The position numbers and the translations under genes are program-made. Shown here one piece after another: positions 17,407-25,966 of a stretch of 25,966 bases of DNA (its first letter is position 1; every line of letters begins with the position of its first letter). The notes beneath the pieces are model-generated. The model ran no database searches. It was not told the origin of the DNA and saw only the letters and a program-made list of their open reading frames with translations. This stretch comes from Sulfurimonadaceae bacterium (lineage in GTDB: Bacteria > Campylobacterota > Campylobacteria > Campylobacterales > Sulfurimonadaceae), in NCBI GenBank assembly GCA_016744905.1, contig JADGDM010000040.1, positions 1 through 25,966 on the forward strand, given 5' to 3'.

Positions 17407-17967
17407 TTAATGGTGTGAAAACCACCACGAAAGGGCAAACATAATTCCTGGTGTACGCGCTATTGATTCATCCAAGATAAGGGCTTTGGCTTCTTTATGT
17501 GAGAGATAAAGTACTTCAATCTGCTCCATCTCAATACCACCACCTTCACTCACTTTTTGAGATTCATTTACCTCGACATAGTAAAGACTCTGCTGTGCCC
17601 CAGCAAATCCAACAGCCGTATAAAATGAGGTAATTTTCTCCAACGCGCCACAGTCATAACCACACTCTTCTAAAACTTCTTCTCTTGCAATCTGCTCAAG
17701 TGAAGATGGTTTATCAACTATCCCTGCGCAGAGTTCAAGTGTAAAACCATCTTCATTTTTAAGATAAACCGCCGGACGGAACTGTTTTACCATGATAAAC
17801 TTTTCAAGGTCTGTGTTATAAATTAAAATAGCAACACTGTCATGAACCTCAGCTATCTCCCAAAGTTTGGAAACCCCATCTTGCTCATATGACATACTTT
17901 TTGTTTTGACAAATTTTGGCGCTTCTAAAGGGGTGAGTTTGACATTTTCTATCATACTAAAATCCAA
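17407..17967 (-). CDS. NUDIX hydrolase (ADP-ribose pyrophosphatase-like)
   Basis: 186 aa. Nudix box GIVDKPSSLEQIAREEVLEECGY (Gx5Ex7REVxEExGY). Overlaps the mgtE stop by 16 nt. Confidence 0.8.
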   Translation of the reverse strand: MDFSMIENVKLTPLEAPKFVKTKSMSYEQDGVSKLWEIAEVHDSVAILIYNTDLEKFIMVKQFRPAVYLKNEDGFTLELCAGIVDKPSSLEQIAREEVLEECGYDCGALEKITSFYTAVGFAGAQQSLYYVEVNESQKVSEGGGIEMEQIEVLYLSHKEAKALILDESIARTPGIMFALSWWFSHH

Positions 17968-19307
17968 GAAGCCAGACCTAAAAAGATTAAAAATCCAAAA
18001 ACATCGGTTACAGTGGTAAGTAAAACAGTGGAGCCTACGGCAGGATCAATATCAAGACGTTTTAAGACAATCGGTATCCCTGCACCAAAAAACCCAGCAA
18101 CAATAAGGTTTGCAATCATTGCCAAACCAATCACACCACCGAGCATGACATTTGAAAACCAAATATAGGTAATTCCTGCAATTAAAATAGAAAACAATAC
18201 TCCATTAAAGACGGCAATAATGACCTCTTTTTTCAGTGCGTCTCGTGAATTATCACGATCAATCTCCCCTAACGCCATCTGACGAACCATAACGGTCAGA
18301 CTTTGAGTTCCTGCATTGCCACCCATAGAAGCCACAATCGGCATCAAAATAGCCAAGGGAACAAAAGCCGCCAAAGCCTCATCAAAAAAGCTGATCACAA
18401 TAGAAGCGAGTATGGCAGTGAGCAGGTTGATACCTAACCAGACAGAGCGTTTTTTAAAAATACCCCAAAGCTCTTCTTCTTGCTCTGCGTCATCATCAAC
18501 CCCAGCAAGGTTATAGATCTGATCGGTAGCTCTCTCTTCGATAACATCATAAATATCATCTGAGGTGATACGACCCACCAACTTATCTTGCCAATCAAGA
18601 ACCGGTAAAACAGAGAGGTCATACTGCTCAAACATCGAAGCCACATCTTCAATAGGCATCGTGGCATCCACACTTCTAAACTCTTTGTTATCAATCACTT
18701 CACGATACGTTTTTGCAAAATCAAGTAAGATAAGATCTTCCATTGCGTAGGTTGCTATCAATTTCTCAGACCCATTAACAATGAAGACTTGATAGATATT
18801 TTCCAGTTCATCTTCAGCTTTAAGACGCTTCAAACGGTCAATAGAACTTTGTATCGTCTCATCAAGCATCGCATCAAAAAGCTCCGTCTGCATCCAAGCA
18901 CCCGCTTGATCTTCTTCATAACGACTAAGCTTGTCAATATCTTCTCTATCTTCAACATCCAGATGAGAAACAACGACCTCCGCCTTATCTTCATCATAAT
19001 CGCCAATATCTTGAACCAAGTCCGTTGCATCATCAGATTCAAGGTGTTCTAGCGCGCTGGCAAGTTCTTGTGAAGAGAAGTACTCAATCGCCTCATCTTT
19101 GATCTTTTCAGGAAGTTCAAGTAAAACATCACCCAAGTCATCATGAGGGATGCGAGAGAGCAGATCAATAAAAGACTCTTTTGAATCATTTTTACGAATC
19201 TTTTTAAGGAGGTAAGCAATTTCTGAGGCATGTAGTTCTTGTTCGTCATTGTCTTCTAAGTAACGCTCAAAGGCGTGTTGCATCTCAACATAATGTTTCA
19301 TCTTCAC
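17952..19307 (-). CDS. mgtE: magnesium transporter MgtE
   Basis: 451 aa. MgtE N-domain, tandem CBS region, and a TM domain with PIVASMGGNAGTQS. Confidence 0.85.
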   Translation of the reverse strand: MKMKHYVEMQHAFERYLEDNDEQELHASEIAYLLKKIRKNDSKESFIDLLSRIPHDDLGDVLLELPEKIKDEAIEYFSSQELASALEHLESDDATDLVQDIGDYDEDKAEVVVSHLDVEDREDIDKLSRYEEDQAGAWMQTELFDAMLDETIQSSIDRLKRLKAEDELENIYQVFIVNGSEKLIATYAMEDLILLDFAKTYREVIDNKEFRSVDATMPIEDVASMFEQYDLSVLPVLDWQDKLVGRITSDDIYDVIEERATDQIYNLAGVDDDAEQEEELWGIFKKRSVWLGINLLTAILASIVISFFDEALAAFVPLAILMPIVASMGGNAGTQSLTVMVRQMALGEIDRDNSRDALKKEVIIAVFNGVLFSILIAGITYIWFSNVMLGGVIGLAMIANLIVAGFFGAGIPIVLKRLDIDPAVGSTVLLTTVTDVFGFLIFLGLASWILV

Positions 19308-19316
19308 GCCCTTTTC

Positions 19317-20483
19317 CTAATCTACATGCATATAATAGATATCATCATATTTTTGTGGTTTACTTTGATGAATATCTTTGAGTAAAATCTCTTCAAGTTC
19401 TATATTATACTCTTTTGAAAGCTTTACAAATCTCTTTTTAGCGTCACCCTTAAGTTTCTTAGTCGTGACTCGAACCACACGTGCTGGATTGATAGCGCGC
19501 CCGTTTTTATACAGACCAAAGTGAAGATGCGGCCCCGTTGAGAGACCAGTGGTTCCAACATATCCAATCACACGACCTTTTTTCACATAAGTTCCACGGT
19601 TCACACCACGACGAAATGATTTTTGATGTGCATAGAGTGTCATATACCCATCAGAGTGTGCGATTTTAATGAGGTTTCCATATCCGCGCGTATATCCTTT
19701 AAAGATAACCTTGCCACTACCCGCTGCCATAATCGGTGTACCACGACGTGCGGCATAATCAATACCCAAGTGCGCTCGATATCTTTTTAACACTGGGTGA
19801 TAACGACGCTTGGTAAAACCTGAACTGATACGCGCCCCTTTAACTGGACGTGCCAATAAAAACCCCTCAACCTCATGACCATTTTCATCATAATAATGTT
19901 CATCTTCATTCAGATATACATAATGCTTTTTACCACGCATCTCTATCATCGCTGCCAGTAATCTTGGCTGTGAAAAAGGTTTACCCATACGATATTTTTG
20001 CTCATACACCATAGCGATGGGGTCATTTTTTCTCAAATCACGTCTAAAGTTTAATGAGTTTTTAAATCCACCAACAAATAACTGAGCAATACGCGTTGAA
20101 GAAGTCGCTTTCATAATGTCATAATAGGGTGAATTTTGAATATGCAAGGCAAATTCTTCACGTTTTCTATCATAAATAATAGGCAAAAGTTCAAAATTAT
20201 AATGATCTGTATCTCTCATAATATGAATCTGTAACTCATCACTAATGGGAATTAAAATTTGTTCAATCGTTTTATTGGCATCGCGTAATATCTGATAATT
20301 CACACCAGAGCGAATCTCTTCGGTCATTCGTTGATCTTCTTTATCGAGATTATAATAGAGTTTATTACTCAGATCAACACGTTCTAAAAACTCGATATAG
20401 GTCTCACCCTGACTCCAACGTAAATTTTCAACCTGCGCGCTGTAAAGTAAAAATGGTAATAGTAAAAGTAGTAAATAACGCAA
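19317..20483 (-). CDS. M23/LytM family metallo-endopeptidase (Csd-like), TTG start
   Basis: 388 aa. Signal peptide MRYLLLLLLPFLLYSA. LytM motifs HLGIDYAA (HxxxD) and GPHLHFGL (HxH). The start is TTG (reverse complement of CAA at 20481-20483) with AGGA 7 nt upstream. Confidence 0.8.
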   Translation of the reverse strand: MRYLLLLLLPFLLYSAQVENLRWSQGETYIEFLERVDLSNKLYYNLDKEDQRMTEEIRSGVNYQILRDANKTIEQILIPISDELQIHIMRDTDHYNFELLPIIYDRKREEFALHIQNSPYYDIMKATSSTRIAQLFVGGFKNSLNFRRDLRKNDPIAMVYEQKYRMGKPFSQPRLLAAMIEMRGKKHYVYLNEDEHYYDENGHEVEGFLLARPVKGARISSGFTKRRYHPVLKRYRAHLGIDYAARRGTPIMAAGSGKVIFKGYTRGYGNLIKIAHSDGYMTLYAHQKSFRRGVNRGTYVKKGRVIGYVGTTGLSTGPHLHFGLYKNGRAINPARVVRVTTKKLKGDAKKRFVKLSKEYNIELEEILLKDIHQSKPQKYDDIYYMHVD

Positions 20484-20654
20484 AAATAGTCCTAGTTTTT
20501 TAATAGATGTAAGGATACCCGAGTTTCACTTAGGGGTGCTTTTAACGCCTCGAACAAGCACTAAGTGTCATAAAACAATGTTTCAAAACAGTTCATTTAA
20601 TTATAAATCAACCATTTTAGATATAATCACAATAATTATAAACTAGGACCTTAT

Positions 20655-21512
20655 TTGAGAACTCTTTTAATACTTTTATTTGCCGTTATTACTTCACAAG
20701 CGGGGCTTATTCATGCCAAACTTGAAGTCACAAATGATGAGATTGGTCGGATCAAAACAGACCGTGTTCAAAGTGGAATCAGTGGATTTATTATCAAACA
20801 CTTTACAGATAAACACAGTATTATCATTGCCAATGCCCGTGTTGATTATTATGATGAAACCACTAAGGAGGCGATTATTAAATTTTCACCTTATAGTGGT
20901 TTACGTCAAAATTCATTGCCTAATGGAGAGTGGAAACCTGAAAATGGTGACGAGGTTGTTTTGGCTTACGGGTATGCACGAGCACTCTTAATTGCCCCGA
21001 CTGAAGAGATCTACTACGCCATCACTTCGCGGGTGCAATCTTTACACTGGGTTCATCCAGACACCTACGCAACTTATCTCTCTTATCAAGGTCACCCTAC
21101 TCCTTTGCAAAAAGATTTCAGAGGTTACTGTACGATGGATTCGATTGGACTTCTTTATATCTATGCACAAAGTAGTCTCTTTACACTGGATTGTCAGAGT
21201 ATGCAAATACTTCAAATCACTCCTGCTGAATTTGAAGTCAAAACAGAAAAGCTACCCTTTTATACCAGAGCAGACAAAATACGCGATGCATGGTGGGGAG
21301 AAGGTGCCGATTTTATGATCGAGTACAACTATCACTACATGAATATGCTTCAACTGAATAATCCCGCTTACGCACAGATTAATCCTCAAGTTGAAGAGGC
21401 AAAAAAGAACTACTGGATAGTATACGAAAAACTTGAGAAGGAGAAAGAAGATGCTAGAGAAAAAGCATATAGCCCATTTAACCAACCTATTGACCCCGCA
21501 GAATATTTATAG
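20655..21512 (+). CDS. secreted hypothetical protein (conserved Campylobacterota periplasmic protein), TTG start
   Basis: 285 aa. Signal peptide MRTLLILLFAVITSQAGLIHA, TTG start with AGGA 7 nt upstream, TATAAT at 20623-20628. A possible resemblance to the PgbA N-terminal family is weak and from memory only. Confidence 0.6.
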   Translation: MRTLLILLFAVITSQAGLIHAKLEVTNDEIGRIKTDRVQSGISGFIIKHFTDKHSIIIANARVDYYDETTKEAIIKFSPYSGLRQNSLPNGEWKPENGDEVVLAYGYARALLIAPTEEIYYAITSRVQSLHWVHPDTYATYLSYQGHPTPLQKDFRGYCTMDSIGLLYIYAQSSLFTLDCQSMQILQITPAEFEVKTEKLPFYTRADKIRDAWWGEGADFMIEYNYHYMNMLQLNNPAYAQINPQVEEAKKNYWIVYEKLEKEKEDAREKAYSPFNQPIDPAEYL

Positions 21513-22833
21513 CGATAAGGCCCATTTACTTGCGTACTCATACGACGCTACGAGGGAACATTTTGAACCTGATGCGGTTGTTTTTCCACGTGATGAAAAT
21601 GATGTTAGTGAGATCTTAAAGTACTGTAACGAACATAAAATCATTATCGTTCCTCGTGGAGCGGGTAGTGGCTTTACCGGTGGTGCGTTACCAAGTTCAG
21701 GTGGGATTGTTCTCGCTTTTGAAAAACATATGAATAAACTCTTAGAAATCGATATGCAAAATATGGTCGCCGTGGTTCAACCTGGTCTTATTAACATGGA
21801 TCTTCAGCGCGCTGTTGAGGCCGTAGGTCTTTTTTATCCACCAGATCCAGCGTCTCAAGAGTACTCTACTATCGGTGGAAATGTTAGTGAAAACGCTGGA
21901 GGAATGCGCGCGGCAAAGTACGGAATCACTAAAGATTATGTGATGGCAATGCGTGCGGTTCTTCCTAATGGTGACGTGATTAAAGCTGGTAAAAAGACCA
22001 TCAAAGATGTCGCCGGTTACAATATCTCTGGTATCTTAATCGCTTCAGAGGGGACACTGGCCGTGACTACTGAAGTGACGCTAAAACTTATTCCCAAGCC
22101 AAAGCTCACTAAAACAGCGATGGGTATCTTTGAGAGTGTTTCTCAAGCGATGGAAGCGGTGTATAAAACAATGGCCAGTGGGGTCACTCCTGTTGCGATG
22201 GAGTTTTTAGACAACCTTACAATCCGCGCGGTTGAGCAAACTTTTAATAAGGGACTCCCTGTGGATGCTGGCGCTATTTTAGTGACCGACGTTGATGGAA
22301 ACTTAGAAGATGATCTAAACTTTCAGATGGCACAAATCGAAAAAGTATTTCGTGAGAATGGATGTAGTACCTTCCAGATAGCCAAAGATAAAGATGAGGC
22401 AGCAGACCTATGGTTTGCACGTCGTAATGCGTCTCCAGCACTGAGTATCTATGGTAGTAAAAAACTTAATGAAGATGTTACTGTTCCACGCGCTGCACTT
22501 CCAGAACTTCTTGAAAAATTCAATGCTATTGCTGATAAGTATAATATCAATATTCCATGTTTTGGTCATACTGGTGATGGAAATGTGCATACCAATGTTA
22601 TGGTTGATGGATCTGATCCAGAACAAGTTAAAATCGCTTATCAAGCCATAGAAGAAGTTTTCCAAGCGACTGTTGATTTGGGTGGAACCTTAAGTGGTGA
22701 ACATGGTATAGGTTTAGCAAAAGCACCATATATGCATATGGCCTTTAGCGACGAAGAGATGTTACTTTTCAAGTCCATCAAAAAAGCCTTTGATCCAAAC
22801 AATATATTAAACCCTGCAAAAATGGGTTTATAG
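21451..22833 (+). CDS. FAD-linked oxidase, GlcD/D-lactate dehydrogenase family
   Basis: Aligns with E. coli GlcD from MLEKKHIAHL… onward: FAD-binding PCMH domain RGAGSGFTGGALP and C-terminal GGTLSGEHGIG. Start moved to the Met at 21451 (RBS AAGGAG 6 nt upstream), not the track's 21433. Overlaps the upstream ORF by 62 nt. Confidence 0.8.
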   Translation: MLEKKHIAHLTNLLTPQNIYSDKAHLLAYSYDATREHFEPDAVVFPRDENDVSEILKYCNEHKIIIVPRGAGSGFTGGALPSSGGIVLAFEKHMNKLLEIDMQNMVAVVQPGLINMDLQRAVEAVGLFYPPDPASQEYSTIGGNVSENAGGMRAAKYGITKDYVMAMRAVLPNGDVIKAGKKTIKDVAGYNISGILIASEGTLAVTTEVTLKLIPKPKLTKTAMGIFESVSQAMEAVYKTMASGVTPVAMEFLDNLTIRAVEQTFNKGLPVDAGAILVTDVDGNLEDDLNFQMAQIEKVFRENGCSTFQIAKDKDEAADLWFARRNASPALSIYGSKKLNEDVTVPRAALPELLEKFNAIADKYNINIPCFGHTGDGNVHTNVMVDGSDPEQVKIAYQAIEEVFQATVDLGGTLSGEHGIGLAKAPYMHMAFSDEEMLLFKSIKKAFDPNNILNPAKMGL

Positions 22834-22838
22834 TCACT

Positions 22839-23684
22839 GTGGCATTTAAAAACGACAAGCCTTTAAGTGCCAGCCTAAAAACCACCTATAGACATCTCAA
22901 ATTTTTTGCACGTAAACTCTTTTCACAAGAGTTAACCTATTATGCATCAAGTCTGAGTTTTTATACGATATTTACTCTGATTCCTATACTCATCGTTATC
23001 TTAACGCTCTTTGCCAATCTACCTCTCTTTTCTTATCAAGTAGAGCGATTAGAGGATTTTATATTTGCAAGTTTTATTCCTATTTACGCAACTTCAATTC
23101 AAGAGCACATGCACACTTTTATAAAAAACTCTATCAACCTGAGTCTCTTAGGTGGCGTCAGTATCCTTGTGGCTTCTATTCTCTTCTTTTTAGATTATGA
23201 GTATATTGTCAATCAAATTTTCAAAAGTAAGTCCCGTGGCTTTTTTCATGGAATTTTTACCTATGTTACCTTGCTTATACTTGTTCCTGCAGTCTTAACG
23301 CTCTCTATTTATCTCTCTTATCAAATTGCACTATTTTTTAATGCGTACAATGTTGACATCATGACCTATCCACTTAAGTTTTTACCATACTTCCTTATCT
23401 GGGCACTCTTTTTCACTCTTTATAAGGTCTCTGCGAATACACAGATTACAACAAAGGCTGCACTTATTAGCTCTTTTGTTATCGCCATAATTTGGAACAG
23501 TGTGAAGTACGGGTTTGTATACTATGCCTTGTTAAATCAAACCTACAGCACACTTTATGGTTCATTTTCTATTTTACTTTTTTTCTTTTTATGGATATAT
23601 ATTTCATGGATTGTCATTATATATGGACTGCGTTTATGTTATCTGATAGACCGTATATATAAATATAGACAAGGCATACGCTAA
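22839..23684 (+). CDS. yihY: YihY/BrkB family inner-membrane protein
   Basis: 281 aa. GTG start 5 nt after the glcD-like stop. TYYASSLSFYTIFTLIPILIVIL and six hydrophobic helices, typical of YihY. Confidence 0.75.
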   Translation: MAFKNDKPLSASLKTTYRHLKFFARKLFSQELTYYASSLSFYTIFTLIPILIVILTLFANLPLFSYQVERLEDFIFASFIPIYATSIQEHMHTFIKNSINLSLLGGVSILVASILFFLDYEYIVNQIFKSKSRGFFHGIFTYVTLLILVPAVLTLSIYLSYQIALFFNAYNVDIMTYPLKFLPYFLIWALFFTLYKVSANTQITTKAALISSFVIAIIWNSVKYGFVYYALLNQTYSTLYGSFSILLFFFLWIYISWIVIIYGLRLCYLIDRIYKYRQGIR

Positions 23685-24896
23685 AAGCAGATACATCCAC
23701 CTCTTTGAAAACACACTGGCTAAACTTATCAGTATAAACCCATAAAACACCCAACTATTAATCTCTACACTATGTGCTGTAATATCAATAGTAAGCAACT
23801 TGGCTATCCAAATATCCAGCGCGCTAGAAAATGGCGTTAAATGAAGCAAAAGCACTGGAAGATAAAACAATATAAATCCCATGGTGAAAAATATCGAAAG
23901 GGGATGGACAAAAGAAAATATCTGGAAGATATACAGTGACAATGGCAACATCATCAGATAAACCCAAAAATGGATCCCTATAAAAGTGTTTATTGCAGAG
24001 AGCTTTTCAAAGGTTTTTAAAAATAAAAATAGATAAAATACCCCAGACATACTCAGATAAAAAGCAACCGAGTAAAAAAGTCTTGGAAAGAGTGCCAGTA
24101 ACAGTAGTGCACTAATCAAAAGTGTCTGCATTGAGATGACTTTTATTCCTCTATCATATAAAATAAATCCCACCACCATCATAATAAAAGAACGTAAAAG
24201 CGAAGGCGTAAATCCTAAAAGTGCCATATAACTATATAAAATTAGAGCAATTAAAATCATCAAATCAAAAGAACGATGCCTGGTTACTGCGTATCTATTT
24301 TGCAAAAAAGTATAGGGAATTTTGAGAATAAAAAGGAGTATAAAACTCAGTACTCCCAGATGGAATCCACTTATCGCAAGGAGATGAGACGTACCAGATA
24401 CCGAAAGTTTATTTCGCAACTCTTTAGAGATAGGTGTAGCAAAAAACAGTGCGCCAAAAAGTTCACCAACCTCTGCATCTTGATGTGCAGTCTTTAATCT
24501 ATCACTCAAAGCATAGCGCTCCAGCTTTTCATCATAAACCCCTAGGAGTTGCGTACGTGCATAAAAGCCTTTAAAATAGTCTGCAAAAGTAACTTTCTTT
24601 GTCCAAACTCGGGCTCGAACCTTACTGCCTCTCAAATCAGCTAAGGGAAGTTTTGAGATACTATAAAAAGAGACCCCGCTCATCGTCTGCATTTTTAGAA
24701 CCTCATAAGTTTTACCCTCTTTAGTTTTCACGTACTGATTTAGCACATATAAATCCATCTCATGGTTATCAAATTTTGTAAAATTTTGGAAGTTTTTATA
24801 TTCTAAGAAAAGAGAAAAAATGGCAAAAACACCAAGTAGAGTAAAAGTATACAGTAGATCTTTTTTACTTTGAAAAAGATCTACGCGCGCTATCAT
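23634..24896 (-). CDS. comEC: ComEC/Rec2 DNA-uptake channel protein (competence domain only, no metallo-beta-lactamase domain)
   Basis: 420 aa polytopic membrane protein with LAISGFHLGVLSFILLFIL, the ComEC competence-domain signature. Short form as in Helicobacter and Campylobacter. Convergently overlaps yihY by 51 nt. Confidence 0.7.
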   Translation of the reverse strand: MIARVDLFQSKKDLLYTFTLLGVFAIFSLFLEYKNFQNFTKFDNHEMDLYVLNQYVKTKEGKTYEVLKMQTMSGVSFYSISKLPLADLRGSKVRARVWTKKVTFADYFKGFYARTQLLGVYDEKLERYALSDRLKTAHQDAEVGELFGALFFATPISKELRNKLSVSGTSHLLAISGFHLGVLSFILLFILKIPYTFLQNRYAVTRHRSFDLMILIALILYSYMALLGFTPSLLRSFIMMVVGFILYDRGIKVISMQTLLISALLLLALFPRLFYSVAFYLSMSGVFYLFLFLKTFEKLSAINTFIGIHFWVYLMMLPLSLYIFQIFSFVHPLSIFFTMGFILFYLPVLLLHLTPFSSALDIWIAKLLTIDITAHSVEINSWVFYGFILISLASVFSKRWMYLLLAYALSIFIYTVYQIT

Positions 24897-25966
24897 TTAA
24901 AGGATAGGCATCGAGACAATAGGAGGCTGTTCCTGAGCAGGTGCAGGTTCATCTGGCACACCCATATTGGCTGAACTGGTATCAACATGCTCATACGTCA
25001 CCTCAACACTAGGGGCAAAAGCAGGCGCATCTACAAAACGTGTCAGTTTCTTTTGAAAGACCAGCTTAACATGTCCCGTAGGACCATTACGCTGTTTCCC
25101 AATAATAATCTCTGCGTCCTCTTCTTCGCGCTCAACATAGGTAGGAGTAAACTCTTTACCCTCAGCCTTAGCCGCTTTTTCACGCTCTTTTTCTTCTTTA
25201 TAAAGATAGACATCATCACGGTACACAAAAAGGATAATATCCGCATCTTGCTCAATAGAACCCGACTCACGAATATCACTCAACATGGGGCGTTTATCAT
25301 TACGTGCTTCAAGTCCACGATTTAGCTGAGAGAGTGCAATGATAGGGATTTCAAGTTCACGTGCCAGCATCTTCAGACCACGAGAAATTTCAGAGACCTC
25401 AAGGTGACGATCTTTGCCACCCGTTCCTGTCATCAACTGAAGATAATCAATCACAGCCACTTCGATTTCAGGGTGTTTACTTTTAAGTTTACGCAGTTTT
25501 GACTTGAGTTGATTAATATTAATCGAACCACCATCATCGACAAACAATTTTGTCTCATTCATCTTTTTAATAGCGTCATAAAGACGTTTCCACTGTGCAG
25601 GATCCATATCACCCAAACGAAGCTTTTGAAGCGGAATAGAGGTCTCTACGGAGAGTAGACGAAGCATTAGTTGATCCGCTGGCATCTCAAGAGAGAAAAA
25701 GACAACTCCACGACCTTTTTTTAGAAGGTTCTGAGTCATGTTTAGAACCAAAGAGGTGTTGTGAGTCACGGTCATATCTTCAAGTAAAAAGAGATGGTTT
25801 CCGTCAATTTCAAAGCCATAATAGTCATCAACTTTATCAGCTTTTACTTTTATGCCCGTATGTTGGACATCTCGTTTAGCCTTCAGTGGGCGTGCCTGTT
25901 TTCTTTTAATCTTGGTTGGAATTTCATCTAAATCACCAACAATACGCACACGATACACATCACACT
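24897..25966 (-). CDS. dnaB: replicative DNA helicase DnaB, 3' portion, containing the C-terminal end of an intein
   Basis: The reading frame runs off the window edge. Residues …DDYYGFEIDGNHLFLLEDMTVTHN|TSLVLNMTQN… show intein blocks F/G ending in His-Asn followed by +1 Thr. The extein continues as the DnaB RecA-like domain (SLEMP…, IDYLQLM, SQLNR, GKQRNG), with a Lys/Glu-rich insertion and an extended C-terminal tail. Confidence 0.8.
   Translation of the reverse strand, partial: CDVYRVRIVGDLDEIPTKIKRKQARPLKAKRDVQHTGIKVKADKVDDYYGFEIDGNHLFLLEDMTVTHNTSLVLNMTQNLLKKGRGVVFFSLEMPADQLMLRLLSVETSIPLQKLRLGDMDPAQWKRLYDAIKKMNETKLFVDDGGSININQLKSKLRKLKSKHPEIEVAVIDYLQLMTGTGGKDRHLEVSEISRGLKMLARELEIPIIALSQLNRGLEARNDKRPMLSDIRESGSIEQDADIILFVYRDDVYLYKEEKEREKAAKAEGKEFTPTYVEREEEDAEIIIGKQRNGPTGHVKLVFQKKLTRFVDAPAFAPSVEVTYEHVDTSSANMGVPDEPAPAQEQPPIVSMPIL

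Noticed and set aside
21433-21450. ORF-track start MRRRKKM for the GlcD-like gene.
   Set aside because: The alignment to GlcD begins at the second Met (21451), which has an AAGGAG RBS. The upstream Met has none.
1-25966. Searched for CRISPR repeats, integrase, transposase or IS inverted repeats, prophage genes, and long G/C homopolymer tracts.
   Set aside because: None found. There are no regularly spaced direct repeats, no recombinase-like ORFs, and no poly-G/C runs of 7 or more.

Overview
This 26 kb window is AT-rich chromosomal DNA that looks like a Campylobacterota (epsilonproteobacterial) genome. Supporting this are the conserved truB-csrA-ispE-smpB block, TTG and GTG start codons, and a DnaB with an extended C-terminal region. 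Coding density is high and no transposase, integrase or CRISPR array is visible.

From left to right the window contains:
- a UvrD/PcrA-type helicase, then truB, csrA, ispE and smpB;
- a convergent manC-like GDP-mannose gene;
- a tRNA-Arg(CCU) that the ORF track does not list, next to a tiny membrane ORF;
- a TonB-dependent receptor with an OprC/NosA-like CxxxM copper motif;
- an SPFH(Band-7)+SHOCT protein translationally coupled to a triple zinc-ribbon (zf-TFIIB-like) protein, resembling B. subtilis YdjI/YdjG of the Psp membrane-stress module, followed by a PNPOx-like protein;
- a compact lipid island: divergent cytoplasmic Zn-dependent phospholipase-C-like and class-3 lipase genes, then a minus-strand operon TetR -> FabF-like KAS -> PaaI/YiiD-type hotdog thioesterase -> SnoaL/NTF2-like protein, with two TTAGAC-N6-GTCTAA palindromes (candidate TetR operators) in front of the KAS gene;
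- fliL, two translationally coupled LVIVD-repeat beta-propeller proteins, and an M23 peptidase-mgtE-nudix operon;
- a secreted hypothetical protein, a GlcD-like FAD oxidase, yihY, a channel-only comEC, and the 3' part of dnaB.

The dnaB fragment carries the C-terminal end of an intein (…VTHN|T) inserted in the Walker A P-loop. The most system-like candidates are the TetR-controlled KAS-thioesterase-SnoaL operon, the divergent phospholipase pair, and the SPFH/zinc-ribbon module.
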